A DNA stretch of 59,320 nt, filler included, from Sphacelaria rigidula (GCA_964200075.2; 9 parts of 9 records of this genome joined end to end with filler, not necessarily neighbours in it), one strand, 5' to 3'. Shown: positions 11,979 to 25,300, counted from the first letter of the whole stretch. Numbers and translations: made by a program. The notes: generated by a model not told the origin, from the letters alone.

Positions 11979-12851
11979 ATGGGATTCACGCTCACTGTTC
12001 CGCGCCCGAAACGCGCGGTTATGCCAATCGTTTACTACTGCGATAACAACAATACCGCGGGTGGTTCAACCTGCGGCGCGACCGGCGGCAGCTACGGTAG
12101 CAGCAGCAACAGTAGCTGCAGCGGCAGCAGCGGCAGCAGCGGCGGAAGTGGTGACTATGCGGGTGTGTTCGAGTCTGGTTGTGATCCGGTGGCCATGCGC
12201 GCTTCTCTGCAAGCGCGCACAACGCCGTCCGCACGCCGGTTCCTTCCGACCAATTTCCTGGCCTCCACCACGACCAACCACAACACCGTCGGTCATAACG
12301 TGGATGACTCGGAGACCTCATCATCTACCACTGCAGGCGGTCCCGGCGCCGGTGATGGTGGCTGCGGTGGCGGGTCCTACGGTGGGGAGCTCGATGATGA
12401 CGACTTTTCAGATTGCCTCTTCGCTATGGAAGATGCACACGGTGGCGGCGGTGGTGGCCCGGACACTTTGTGTTCTGAATATCGCGCGTATAGCAGTCGG
12501 GACACGGAGAGTAGAGGCATCGTTTCCGGCACCGAACGCGGCGGCTATCAAAATCCAGCAAAGGAGGACACCATGGGATGTGGTGTGCAGAAGACCAGCA
12601 TTGACAACGGCGGTGGTATCGGCGGCTGTGGCGTTAGGCCTGGAGAGCCTCCCAAGCGCGGCGTGGTCGCAACAGCCGCTGCGGGTCCTCTGGGCATAAC
12701 GCCGCCCACCCCACGGTCCGAGAAACTGGTTATCAAGAATCCCACGCATCTTCGAGGTTCCCGGGTCACGCCTCGCGTCATCGCCCCCAGCAGTGGCAGA
12801 CGCTGCTCGGCTCCCGGCATGTACAGGCTCAGACTCAGCACCTCGTGTTGA
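11979..12851 (+). CDS. Hypothetical Gly/Ser-rich low-complexity protein (~290 aa)
   Basis: Long open GC-rich frame from ACAATGG to TGA; a GTAAGG donor-like site shortly after the stop; no recognisable domain. Confidence 0.5.
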   Translation: MGFTLTVPRPKRAVMPIVYYCDNNNTAGGSTCGATGGSYGSSSNSSCSGSSGSSGGSGDYAGVFESGCDPVAMRASLQARTTPSARRFLPTNFLASTTTNHNTVGHNVDDSETSSSTTAGGPGAGDGGCGGGSYGGELDDDDFSDCLFAMEDAHGGGGGGPDTLCSEYRAYSSRDTESRGIVSGTERGGYQNPAKEDTMGCGVQKTSIDNGGGIGGCGVRPGEPPKRGVVATAAAGPLGITPPTPRSEKLVIKNPTHLRGSRVTPRVIAPSSGRRCSAPGMYRLRLSTSC

Positions 12852-14009
12852 AATTCTGGTAAGGAAGCCGGAGAGTGTTTTGTTGGTAGGGTAGGGGTAT
12901 GCATGTGTACTACGATGGTGTCGAGCTGGTGGCAATCGATGCTCGGCTTTCGTGTCCTCGCGATTTTTTGTGTGGGTTATGTTTTGTCTGTGTTTTACGG
13001 GATTTACGGGTTGTGGTTGAGCGAGGCGGGGGGGGGGGGGGGGGGGGGGGGGCGGGGTGGGGCGGGGAGGAGCCGGGGGAAGGGGGGGGGGGGCACACCC
13101 GCGCCCNNNNNNNNNNNNNNNNNNNNNNNNNNNNNNNNNNNNNNNNNNNNTTAATTAATTAANNNNNNNNNNNNNNNNNNNNNNNNNNNNNNNNNNNNNN
13201 NNNNNNCGCAAAACGGTACAAACTCCTATACATGTGATCCTTGTCAGTAGAATCTGTGAAAAACCTCAATTCGAGGTCGGTGCACCAATACGTCACATTA
13301 GGATACTTGAACTTGGAGTCGCGCACCATTATACTTGAAATTAGAGCAGAGCACCGTTTCGGTGGGCTGCATCATCAGGAGTTGACGAGCTTAGGAACCC
13401 ACACTATACGAGCACGGCCTCAAATACTGTACTCATAATTTGAGTTCTAAAAGGATGACTCTCCGAAAATGCTGAGTATTGAGTATACTCCATTCGACCT
13501 GCCCTTGAAACCTTCGGTGTTTTTTAGTTGGAACCCGTTTTTGTGCACGCATCACCCAGCATGCATGAACGGCCGAAAAAAAGCAGTCGGCCCCCAAAAG
13601 GCCGTATTTCGCCCTTTTTCCAGGGACGAAAACGTGTCGAAAAAAATGAAGAAAACACTTTCGTTAATCGTCCTCGCCGTCACTGGGGCTTGATGATATA
13701 TAGTCCCAGGCCTTCGTAAAGGCCCCCTGATCGTATTTCACCACCCTTTCTATCGTTCCTGCCTTCTGCCGCGCCGATACCCCGGTGCTTCACACCAAAG
13801 TCGTTATCGCCCATCGACATGAAATTTCCCCCTCAAACCCGCCGAATTTCCCACTTTTGACCCGCCAAGTCTCAGTAAGTCCGAGTCGGATTTTATTTTC
13901 ATGAGCATCACCGTATCAAAAGCTTTCCAGCAAACCTAACTTTGGCATCGTAGGCAACTCCGTTGGCGAGATGTGATCTGCCCCCCGTAAGGACCTTCAC
14001 TTACGGGAC

Positions 14010-14425
14010 AGAGGAAGTATGAACAGAAGGTGGAGAAACTTGTACGCATGATTTGCGCTGCATAAATGAATGGCGGGAAACATATACACTTGATCCATCT
14101 TGTATGAATGGAAGGTAGGGAACACGTACCTATGACTCATGCCGCATGAGTGGTAATTGAGGAACGTGTACGCTTGATTCATATGTTACGGAAGGAATGT
14201 GGAAAAACATGTACATGTATTATTCATGTTGCATGGACGAAAAAGTAGGAAATGCATGCGCTGGATTCGTCTCGTATGAAAGGAAGATGGAGTACTTGTG
14301 CCCATGATTCATGCTGAAGGAAATGAAATTGGGAATCATGTGCCCATGATTCATGCTGAATGAAATGAAATTGGGAAACGTGTGCCTACGATTCACGCCG
14401 TACCAATGTAAGGTAGGAAACGTGC
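14010..14425. repeat. Degenerate ~39-bp minisatellite
   Basis: Repeats of GAAC(A/G)TGTAC..ATGATTCATGCTG..TGAATGGAA. Confidence 0.65.
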
Positions 14426-14542
14426 ACACTGCGGACGAGCACGAGTGTGACTCGTGACACTCGCACTCATTGGGCTGCTCGTTGGCCGTAAAAATTAAAT
14501 GGGCGAGCACTCGAGTCATTGCTCTTTGTGGAAACAAATTAA

Positions 14543-15582
14543 CCCTCTTGGGACTGAAGCTCACTAACAACGTGTTCACCGTGTGTTGGTAAAATGATAA
14601 TCAAGTCTGGGAGCGACCTGTCCAATCGGTGCGAGGCGAAATTTATCAACCACATCAGAACGACCAGTGGGGGGGGCTGTCGCCGGGAGTGATGTCACTG
14701 CAAAGTTGGTGTACCCTGTCCCTGGCCCACAAAAAAGCCTTCGAAGCGAAAGAAACCCCAAGTGGTCGGGGCTCCGATTCCCGATTTGTCATCATTTACT
14801 TGCATTTCATGTAGGCCTGACTTCCCGTCCCCCGATTTATTTTTGGGTTACCATCCTATAGTAAACCCTAGTTGATAACACTAACACGTAGTGCTCGGGG
14901 GAAATTGGAGAATAAATGTACCCTACTGTATATGTGGTCATGTTCACAACGCGACTAAATGTAGCGACGCAGTGCAATGAGAGACGGGGCTAGAGGCATG
15001 AGTTCTGCGTATCCATCTGTCGAGGCGGTACAAGCGGCGGTGAGGTCGTATGTAATCGACGGTAACGGACGACCTGTGTATAGGCAGCTAATCTCTGTCG
15101 CGGAGAACTGCCCAGAACATGTGAGGGAGTATGCAGCGGCATAGCTGTTGCTGCACTGCACTGTTTTATCTAGGGCGCAACGCCCATGCCGTTGGAAAAG
15201 AATTTGCCGCTTGCAACAAAGAGGGGAATCGCGGCCCACCCCGACCACAAAGGTCTGTGTAGCAAGGTGACGGGGACAATGTCTAAGGCCACAAGTGGCG
15301 GACGGCGGTTGCCACATCCTTTTGGAAGCTCTCCACGGCGACTCATACTGCTTGATAAATGTGTACATCGCGTGATGCGCACAACACCCATATTATATTA
15401 CAGACAGTATGTACCTGCACCTGAAAATAGGTTGGATGAAACTTTCGGTCTTCATCTAACCCTGCGGTTTTACATACATACGTGGATATTCAGCAACATG
15501 AAGCCACTATTTCACGCATATGAAGGACACGTCATTCCTAAGCAGCCTCCTTGGTCGTTCTGGAGGCCCAGTCCCAAAAGGG
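14543..15582. mobile_element. piggyBac-like non-autonomous element, copy A
   Basis: TTAA|CCCTCTTGGGACTG ... CAGTCCCAAAAGGG|TTAA. Confidence 0.85.
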
Positions 15583-15717
15583 TTAATACGGCGAGCACTC
15601 GAGTCATTGCTCGTTGTGGAAACAAACTAATAGGACAAGCACTCGAGTCGTTGCTCGTTGAGGAAAACAACGAATAGGGCGAGCACTCGAGTCAATGCTT
15701 GTCATGGAAAAAATTAA

Positions 15718-16739
15718 CCCGTTTGGGACCGGGCCTCCAGGACGACCAATGAGGCTGGTTGGGAATGACGTGTGGCGTCTGCACGAAACAGTGGCATGTT
15801 TAAATCCGCATATGTAACCGCAGGGTTATTATGAGGAAGGCCGAAAGTTTCATCCTCTATATTGTCAGGTGCAGCGTGCGCAGTAGGTAATGTACATCTG
15901 ATGTAGCAACCAATATGTGTCGCGGTAGAGAGCTTCCAACAGGATGCGGCGACCGGCGGGCCGACCGCCACTTGTGGCTTTGGATGATATTAATGTCCCC
16001 ACCACCTTGCCACACAGCCCTTTGTGGTCGGGGTGGGCCGCTATTTCCATCTTTTTTGCATGCGACAATCTCTCTTGGAAGGGTATGGGCGTTGCGGTGC
16101 ACATACATACAGTATAGAACAGTGCATTATGCCTCTCCGACTGCAGCAGCAGCTGCCGCTGCATACTCCCTTGCACGTTCTGGGTAGTCAGCGACGGAGA
16201 TCAGCTGCCTATACACAGCTTGTTCATCCCCGCCCACTACATACATGTTCACAGTGTTCTGCAAGTCATTGGCAGAGGGATTAGTAGAATTCATGACGGT
16301 AGATCCTTTTGTCTCTCCACGGTCCACCTGGGTTTAGTGCCTCGTGAAGACGACCACATTGTGGCATGTACACTCCTTCCCGGTTTTCCCACTCCACCCT
16401 GTGTTGGTGTAATTATTACGTTTTAGTACAAGCTTGCGACCCAATAAAAGTCCCGGGAAATCCCGGGAACGCTATACTGAATGCAAGTAATACGATAAAC
16501 CATGCTCCGAGCATCCTGGCTTCGGAAACCTGGCAAGGCTTATCCGGGCCAGGGATGGGGCCCCCACACGATCGTTGCAGTGACATCACACTCGGCAACA
16601 GTCCCCGCGCTGGTCGTTCGGGTCTGGTCGATAAATTTCGCCTTGCCGTGATTGGGCAGTTCGCTCCCTGACTCATCTTTTTATTATTTCACCAACACAT
16701 GATCAACCTCGTGTTAGTGGGGGGTCGGTCCCGAAAGGG
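15718..16739. mobile_element. piggyBac-like non-autonomous element, copy B (opposite orientation)
   Basis: TTAA|CCCGTTTGGGACCG ... CGGTCCCGAAAGGG|TCAA; body is a reverse-complement relative of copy A. Confidence 0.85.
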
Positions 16740-17786
16740 TCAACAGGGCGAGCACTCGAGTCATTTGTCTTGTGGAAAAAAATAATAGGGCGAGCACTCG
16801 AGTCCTTGCTCGTTGAAAAAAAAAGTAATGACTCGAGTGCACGAGTCACTGCTCGTTGTAAGAAAAGGTAATGACTCGAGCACACGAGTCATGCTCGTCG
16901 TGTTTTTCAAAAACATCCACGAGTGCACTCGTTTCGACGACAAATGACTCGTCCGACGTGTGGAAACGTGCACCTTTGACGGTGTACCGCACGAATCACG
17001 AACTGGGAATGTTAACTCAGGGTGGTGTCGTACGAATCACGAACCCCCACACATGTACAAATCACATCTTGTGTACGAATCGTATAATTGATTAGTCCAA
17101 ATGTTGAAAATGATTCGAATCACGATTTTATTCGTCCGAACCGTGAAATCGTTGCGCGAGATAGTCGAGGAGTATAATACAGGGGGCGGACGTGGGCGAA
17201 GAAAGTCGCCGTTGAAGGGTTCACGAAAGAAGACTCCGGCACGCACTAGACTATCTCAACGCGAAATCCAGAGCAGCAGTCTCAATCGTGATGTCCCTTG
17301 GAATATGTGTTTTTTTCGCAAATTTCGAGAGATGGACGGTCGGGGTTTTTGAGAAAATTGAGCGATTTATGACGCCCGTTGATTGTAGTAAGGTACTTGT
17401 ATTTTCTATTCATGTCAATGAATGAATTTTGTGATCGATTTCCTAGGGCTCTGTTGACACCAGTACACATCAGTCACATGGATATATTGCAATGCATTCG
17501 CATCGATCATCAGCGGCGCCGAATTCTAGTATACTGCCACACATATTCCAGGTCGTTGTCCTCCGATGTGTACAATTTTTTGGTCATTTTCCAGTTATCG
17601 TTATACGCATAATATGATAATCATTCAGCTGTGAGGGTGATCTGCAAGGGGTCCGCTGCAGCCGCGTGTCCCCCGGCGGGGGAGACCAGGAGCTGATCGG
17701 CATGCCCAGAGAGTGAAGGTTCGCCTGCCAACAGCGTCAATTCCGACAGCGATTTCAATGATCCTTCTGTCGTGGTTCATCCCCCA

Positions 17787-17788
<2 letters not shown>

Positions 17789-17836
<48 letters not shown>
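17789..17836. repeat. (TG)n microsatellite
   Basis: Perfect dinucleotide run. Confidence 0.95.
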
Positions 17837-17838
<2 letters not shown>

Positions 17839-18203
17839 CATCTGTGTGCGTGTCGAAGGCTGTCTCTGGGTGGCCAATGACATGCTCGATTTTGAAAAGA
17901 GATTAATCCAGAACGTGTACTGCTTCTGCCTCCGTCCAGCACCCGTCACGAGCCCGGTGGGTGGGGTCTCTGGCTCGGGCTGTGCTGTCACGTGGCGGCT
18001 GCACCGCCGCAGCATCTGTGTATTTTATTGATGAACCTCACCAATAAAAACCTCCTGCTCCTCCGATATTTTGAGACTTCCACAAGTTCATTCTTCCCTT
18101 TTCCCGCTCTCTTTGTGTTTTTCTTCGTCTGTTGTGTCGTCTCGTGTTGTTTTTTCTTCTTTGCCTGCTGTCTGTCTCTGACCGTACTTCAATCATTCCG
18201 CAG

Positions 18204-18287
18204 CATGCTCGCGCGAGTATTAACCCCTGCGATGAGCGAGAGCTAGACCTGCGGGGATACAAGATACCCATGATCGAAAACTTGGGG
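18204..18287 (+). CDS. SNRPA1: U2 small nuclear ribonucleoprotein A', internal exon
   Basis: CAG|CAT...GGG|GTGAGA, 84 nt: HARASINPCDERELDLRGYKIPMIENLG, the U2A' N-terminal signature. Confidence 0.93.
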
Positions 18288-19318
18288 GTGAGATCTTGAC
18301 TTGCAGTTGCTCGTGGACTGCGTGGCCTTCAACTAAGTACATTCCATAACGGTTTTGACCTGTAGCGATTTTAGTATCTGTTTGGAAACCGTTTGCACGG
18401 GCGATGGAGCGATATACCGGAGGCTCAAAATGGACGACCATCACGGTTCGGTTCATGCTCGAATTTCGCACGAAAACAGGCGTCCTTATCGTTCGTTCTG
18501 TGCGTTGTTTGTTGTGTATTTTCATGGCGATCATGGAAGCGACGGAGAAGAGAAAAATCTTCACGATAGGTATTATTTCTCTCCGGCAAAGTGTATTTGA
18601 TTGATGACTTCGTATCCGTGAAAAAAGAAGGACGATATTGCACTCGTACAGCAGCAGCAATTACATGATGAGAGTGCAACAAACACAATGCCACACGACG
18701 ACCGTCACATGATGGCCATATCATATCAGTCTTGGGCCTGAGTAACATTGGTTGATTCAGCACAATTCCTACCACTGCATTTCATACGCACGGCATCAAC
18801 ACAACATACTATGAACATGTAAACGATGCTGCTGCTTATGATGATGGTTGCTGTGGTGGTAATGGTGATGACGATGCACGCGGCTATATATCCGTGATCA
18901 TGTCTGATTCTCCCTCGGTGTCCATGCATCCCCTCGGGGCGTACTTGTTTTACTTCTTATTACTACGTCTCTCGAGTTCCTTGACGTTATTGGCAGATCT
19001 GATTTGTTTGTTTCACCACACCCCCGACCAACTCGGGAGGGGGGAAGTTTTTCATCTTCTGCTTTCTGGACGTCTCTCTTCCTCTTTTCTCTCCTGTTTA
19101 ATTTTTTTTGTTTCGGAGTCTCAGAAGAAGCCGCTCAATAGCCGTTTTTTATTTTTCATCTCATGTAAGCAATGGTAGTGACGATGTTGGAAAAGGCGAG
19201 CCCACGTCTGTGATCACCTGTCCGAGAAATCGGGCTAATATGCGTAAACGATAATATCAATGAGATAATAATCTGTGTGTGCCATGTTCGCATTCGTGCT
19301 CGAATAAAAAATGGCCAG

Positions 19319-19501
19319 GTGACCCAGGACCAGTTCGACGCGATAGACTTTTCCGACAATGAGATCAAGAAGCTCGACAACTTTCCCCGCTACAGGCGCT
19401 TGTCGTCCCTCCTGCTCTGCAACAACCACGTCTCCAGAATCGCGCCGGACCTCGGGCGGCAACTCCCCAACCTAACCTGTATCATACTCACAAACAACAA
19501 G
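19319..19501 (+). CDS. SNRPA1: U2 small nuclear ribonucleoprotein A', next exon (LRR region)
   Basis: CAG|GTG...AAG|GTGTGT, 183 nt: VTQDQFDAIDFSDNEIKKLDNFP...LPNLTCIILTNNK; phase 0 join with the previous exon. Confidence 0.95.
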
Positions 19502-20747
19502 GTGTGTCTGAGGGGTGCGTTGGTGTGTATAGTCATGCACCACTGAAACATGACTGTCGTTCACAGATATTTTTCGAGGAAGGCAGTGGGAACGGGGGGG
19601 GCGGTTGAGAGCTTGCGCACGCACGCCCGTGCGTTGTGGGGTGTACTCATGATCATGCATGCCATAGTCATAAGACCATTGACCTCGCACCCCTACAATG
19701 CCGGGACGNNNNNNNNNNNNNNNNNNNNNNNNNNNNNNNNNNNNNNNNNNNNTTAATTAATTAANNNNNNNNNNNNNNNNNNNNNNNNNNNNNNNNNNNN
19801 NNNNNNNNGCGGAGGAGACGTGCGGTAGGGCGCTGTGCTCACATGGGGTTCATTCCCCCGCAGGAACCGGTCGGCGTTTTACACTACGGCACCCGCCGAG
19901 TAGGAAGTTGCCTCCACTATATATTGCAATCGAATAGCATGGCAGAAGATACGAAGCAAGGTTGCTTCGTTTCACGAGACGTCCTAGTACGCCTCGGGGT
20001 TTTGTTTTGCAGGATGCATATATGTACTGTACAATTTTGGACGTTTGACAAGGGTTAGCTAAGACATGATTGCGTGACGTGGACATGGCGCTTTCAGGAT
20101 GTGATGTTGCCTCTCAATTAAAATCTTAAATACGTAGCCCACGCAATCCCATGCAACCGGCATGAACGTTCTCACTCGGTTGTGACTAGTTCACCGCAGC
20201 TCGCATCGGCTTCAGGCACATGTATCGGGGGCCGTGTAATGGCTCGAATTCACTGGCTTGCGGGCTAGTATCACTATATCATGCTGGTTTCCGGATGGCA
20301 GACGTTTTGGACATCCCACCAGAATTGCCAGAGGCGGTAGAATGGAGCAAGACTGCGAATACACTATTGGGATCGTATGCAGCAATTTCGCCCACAAGAT
20401 AGCCGTATTGCAGTCCGAAAACAGATATAGTGCCCACATGAGTCGGTTCGTGCTGCACGAAACCGGCTCGAACAGCACATTTGATCATGTCCTCCGTGCA
20501 CTTTTTTCGCCGGTTCGTGGGGGGGCTATCTCGGCATTAATCTACATTTTGATTAATTGATTTTGATTGATTGTCGCACTTTTAACTACAGAAGAGCATT
20601 ATGATTATTAGGTACACGGGTGGCCACTGGGGTGCCTGCAACGTCGAATTTGGACGTTACAGACGTTGCGCAAGGTATCGTCCAACTTTGAGGTTACATG
20701 CATGCAAACCAGTGGCCACCCGTGTATCCTTAAAAGCTAGCACACCG

Positions 20748-20956
20748 GTAATGCGTGAGAGGACCGCGTGCTTAGAGGACCGCATCGTAGTTCGAAACAC
20801 CTCAGGATCTACGTTTTTCGAAACAAATCGGGGCAGTCCCTGCAGGGACCACGCCCCTGATCCTAAGTCCAACACTAACACTAACCCTAACCCTACCCAC
20901 GGGGATATTCAAACACTGATGCGGTCCTATAAGCACGCGGTCCTCTCACGCATTAC
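20748..20956. mobile_element. MITE with internal CCCTAA motifs (second, deleted copy ~23267-23402)
   Basis: TIRs GTAATGCGTGAGAGGACCGCGTGCTTA / TAAGCACGCGGTCCTCTCACGCATTAC. Confidence 0.7.
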
Positions 20957-21779
20957 AACATGTACACGGCGCGTATGCACATGGTGCTACATGTTGTGCA
21001 CGTCAAATGGTGGTGGAGCATGCAAACCTTGACGCAAAACTACAAAAAATATGGAATCACGGGCGGAAACTGACCATACCCAAAACATTCATAACAAATC
21101 CCTCACATTTTCGCGCTCATTGAGGTCGCCGTCCAGACGAGCGTCCGCCACATCAAACGCACTCAAGAGGGCTACCTCGCGCTTGTAGGACACGTGGTCG
21201 TAGAGGTACTGTGGTAGGGTTGCACCCGTTTGAAGTAGATGCCAGCAAAACCGTAAAAGACGCCGTCGCACGAGGATGGTCGCAGCAAAGCATTAGCAAA
21301 CGATAACAGGAAGTGAGGCACCGGTTTCCTTGCGTATTGCTTGAGTACCCCACTGTAGCGAGTGGCAAGGGGGAGAGGTCACCAACAGCATCTTACGCGG
21401 CGCCGGCTTGGAGTGCAGTACGACACGAACACAACACATCGTCGTACAATACCACGGTTTCAACAAGAACTGGCGGAGCAAGAAAACGATGTGTCCTGCT
21501 TGAGCATCGCACTGTACCAGCCATGAACCCCCGCTGCATCAAGCGAGTCACTGCCGCACTTGATGAACAGTCGCTAGACTTTACTCATTACGCTCGCAAT
21601 ATATTAAATAATTCAATCTTGGCAGCACAAATAGCATAACATAGCGTTTCAGCAAGAAAAACAAAAATAGCGCAGCGTTTGGCGAGTAGCATAGCCGAGC
21701 ATAATTACCCACCTTAAGGGTTGGCGCACTGGTCCAAATGCTAGCCTGCTGCAATATTTTGGGCGAAAATCTCTATTAA

Positions 21780-22221
21780 CACGGGATCTTACAAACTGGG
21801 GATGGATCTTTTCTTGGGGATGAGAAACACGGAGAAATAAAATCTCCGTATCCACACCAAATCTTCGAAATATGGTTCCATTTCTTCACCTACTGATAGC
21901 TATTGACAACTGCTGCTACACGCCATACAGATTTGGATTTCGACCACCGATATGTTGGGGTCCTAGGTCAAAAACCAATTTCGGAACCATTTTGGCGTCC
22001 GTTCAAACACCCGGAATTCCCCAAAATTGGTTCTTCACCTAGGATCCCAACGTTTCGGTTATCGAAACCCAAAATTCTATGACGTGTAGCAGTTGTCAAA
22101 AGCTATCAGTAGGTGAAGAGATGTTACCATGTTTCGAAGATTTGGTGTGGATACGAAGATTTTAATTCTCCGGTATCCCATCCCCAATAAAAGATCCATC
22201 CCCAATTTGTAAGATCCCGTG
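21780..22221. mobile_element. Foldback MITE with ~200-bp inverted arms, hAT-like
   Basis: CACGGGATCTTACAAA ... TTTGTAAGATCCCGTG; 8-bp flanks TCTATTAA / TTTATTAT. Confidence 0.8.
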
Positions 22222-22422
22222 TTTATTATCGACCGCGGGTCTAAAATACGTGCAAGTTCTCGAACGAGTCAGTCACTGATGATGCTGATGACAGTATACA
22301 TCTGCCAGTATGACCAGTGATCGAAGGGTCTGTATCCGATCGAAAATGGCCCCCCTGTTGGGTATTACGAGCGTGGTCGAGCATAAATTTCACCAGGCAT
22401 CGAGCATATACCTTGTAATGAT

Positions 22423-22787
22423 GTGTGTGTGTGTGTGTGTTGTCGTCCTATCTATTCTGGGCGCCAGTCTGCACCTTTCGGTATTTGTGGGCGCACCAGC
22501 CAGGGTAACACAGGAGGAAGGTCAACACAGGAGTTTTTTTTTTTTACTTTTTTAGTACCCCATCTTCCTTCTGCGGTGCTGGCCTTTCTTTTTTATCGCG
22601 AGAGGGGTCCAACATTCCCTTGCCCTCGTCGACCATTCAGTCGAATTTTTGTGTACCCACGACATAGTCGCTCTCCACTGTTGGGCAGGTTGTGAGAAAA
22701 AATCCTCAATCGCTCCAGGAATTGAACCCCACTACTCAATCGTCAGAAGGTTACGAGGTTATCAACGGAGCCACCGGGGCGACCGGC
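22423..22787 (-). mobile_element. tRNA-derived SINE, full-length copy
   Basis: Same head, body and (CA)n tail as 6866-7230. Confidence 0.85.
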
Positions 22788-25239
22788 TCTCTGTGAGGAT
22801 GCGAGGATAAATTCAGCATCAATTTTGGTGAGATTACAATAAAATCACATAAATAAATGACTTCACTGGCATAATTGGTAGAGACCTACCAGTCAATCAG
22901 GGCATCGTTAACTCACAAATGGAACGTCGCTGGAGAACTGGTGGTCGGAAATGCTCAGCGGTGGTATCCGGTGGTATCGCGGCCACGGTATTGGGAACGA
23001 TGCACACGCACGGACGGAGACGCGAACACCACGTGTCGGAGTTGTCAAGGGACGAGCGGCTGGTGGCAATCAAAAGTGACGTAGAATAAGGGGGGAGCGA
23101 TTTGCTATTAATAGTGTTCAGTTCGGTCGGGTAGCGTCAAACCCACGAAAAGACCACGCAACTCCGATATCGAAGCACTCCAATAGTGTCTCCAAGTTGC
23201 GTGGTTGCGGGCGTCAGGTCCTGTGCTCGTGGTTTGTTGCACAGCTTTATGTACCGCGACACACATTGTAATGCGTGAGCTGTCCCTGCAGGTACCACGC
23301 CCCTGACCACAACCCCAACACTAACCCCAACCCTAACCCTAACCGTGGGGATGTTCAATCTCCGATGCGGTCCTCTAAGCACGCGGTCCTCGCACGCATT
23401 ACACACATGCTCACCCGGATAACTTCGACGCCCCCGAAAAGCATGCCGGCCAGAATCTGCTCAACGGGAGTGAATTGACACATCCATTCACGACGATCCC
23501 ATGAGGCGACAGAGGAGGATACACAGTTTGAGACATCGCTGTGGACGACGGAAGATCAGGCGGGGAAGGTTGAAGGTTCAAAGATTCACATGCGTTGGCT
23601 TCTGAGTACGGGTCGGGCACACCAGCGCTTCATTCATAGGCGATTGACATGTCGTGGTGTATCGCGTAACATACGGTGCCGGCACAACACATGTGGAGTA
23701 TCATCATTGGTGACCGTTCGCACGTTCAGTCGGACCGACTTGGTTCCTGTGCATTCGGGGAAGCAACGACGGACCATTCACCATCTTCGCATGCGCGCGC
23801 CGGCATAGTTGAAGACCGATCGGCGGATTGTTCCTCCTCCTTACATCAGCATGCCGTGCAGTCGACCCGATACTTAAATTCAGGTAGCATATTCTGGCCA
23901 AAAGACAAAACAGGTCTACCAGATCCATATAACCCCTTCTCCATGTACAACATGCTGTTCAGCACAACGGTGGCACTAGTAGGATCTCGAGGTCAATTCT
24001 AATCCAGTTATTTTCTTTCGGACCCACAAAGTATTACAACGTTTCGCCGCCAGCTTATGGTGTATCGATCGCGGCCTGTCCTTACAGCTAGCTTTTACAG
24101 AGGACTCAGCACAGGACGGCAAGGCACAGCGGCCCTATCTCCTGCTCCTCGTCCAAAGCATAACAGTACTTGCGATAACAAAATATCGTATATCTGTGCA
24201 TACATCAAGTTGAACACAGCGTATGCTCTTCAGCGCGGGTAGAAACGGCCTCAGCAGTACGGTTTGTACACATCAAAATAAACGGTCGGTGTTTCGGAGA
24301 CTTGCATGTGCAGTGGTGGGAACAACAGGACCCTAATTTGGATATCAAGCACGTTCACGATGTTGCGCAGATAGGCGCACAGTACAATGCAGGGAGCCCA
24401 GACAAAGCAACCCACGGTGAGCACAACCTGTACAGCGTAGTGTGCAGCAGAGCTGAACAGAGGGCACAGGCAGCACGGGCGGGAATCATACGTTCTGCCA
24501 CCTATGCACTGAACCGCTTCATAGAGACGACACACAACAGTATGCACGAGGTGGGTTCACCGGAGTTGGGTTTACATTATGTTCATGGTTGGTACATTTT
24601 ACAACTATCGCTAACCCTAACGCCAGCAACCCAGGGCATACCGAAAACCCTCGGGCCGAGGAGGTGCGTAGGATTCAGTGGGCAACGCGCGCCGTTGGTG
24701 GACCTCGAATCGGCGTCTGTGGCGCCGAGACGCCGATTTGGACGAAAACGCATTCTGCGCACCGCACGAGCACACGGGGGTGTCAGGCCCCACTGAAGAT
24801 CCGATTATCCTCGTTAAGACTCAAATCAAGTAATATCAACCATGAGCAGATGGCATCCCAACTCTAGTTGATTCCACTGATAGACAGTCCAGATAGACAG
24901 TGTCCCAGCGGAGGTTCAGCGCCCGAAACCAACTCGGCACAGCAAAAACTCACCACCAAAAAAAACACCAGCGCGCAGCAGAAAGAGCAGCATGCCATGA
25001 GCGGCCTCTCTACAGTAGGCTTCGCGTAGCAGAATGGCGACCACTTCTCATGTTCGTCATACCCGCCGCTCCTGTCGCTACGACCATGGCGTCCGCTCTT
25101 TCGTTCGGGGCCCGTTTGTGCGCGGAGCAAGCCCTTCATCTCGAAAGCAATCTGTTCGGAGAGATAGTCTTGGACCAGCAGCAGGGAAGCAGTAGTTGGA
25201 TACTATCGAGAGGAGAGCTTTGTCTACCACCGCACTGTT

Positions 25240-25300
25240 TGTACTGTACTGTACTGTACTGTACTGTACTGTACTGTACTGTACTGTACTGTACTGTACT
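25240..25300. repeat. (GTACT)n microsatellite
   Basis: About 12 pentamer copies. Confidence 0.95.

Noticed and set aside
20880..20897. Telomere
   Set aside because: Only 2-3 CCCTAA units, internal to a MITE.
21089..21600. Possible hAT transposase relic (CHSLQ motif)
   Set aside because: Single weak motif with no supporting hAT blocks.
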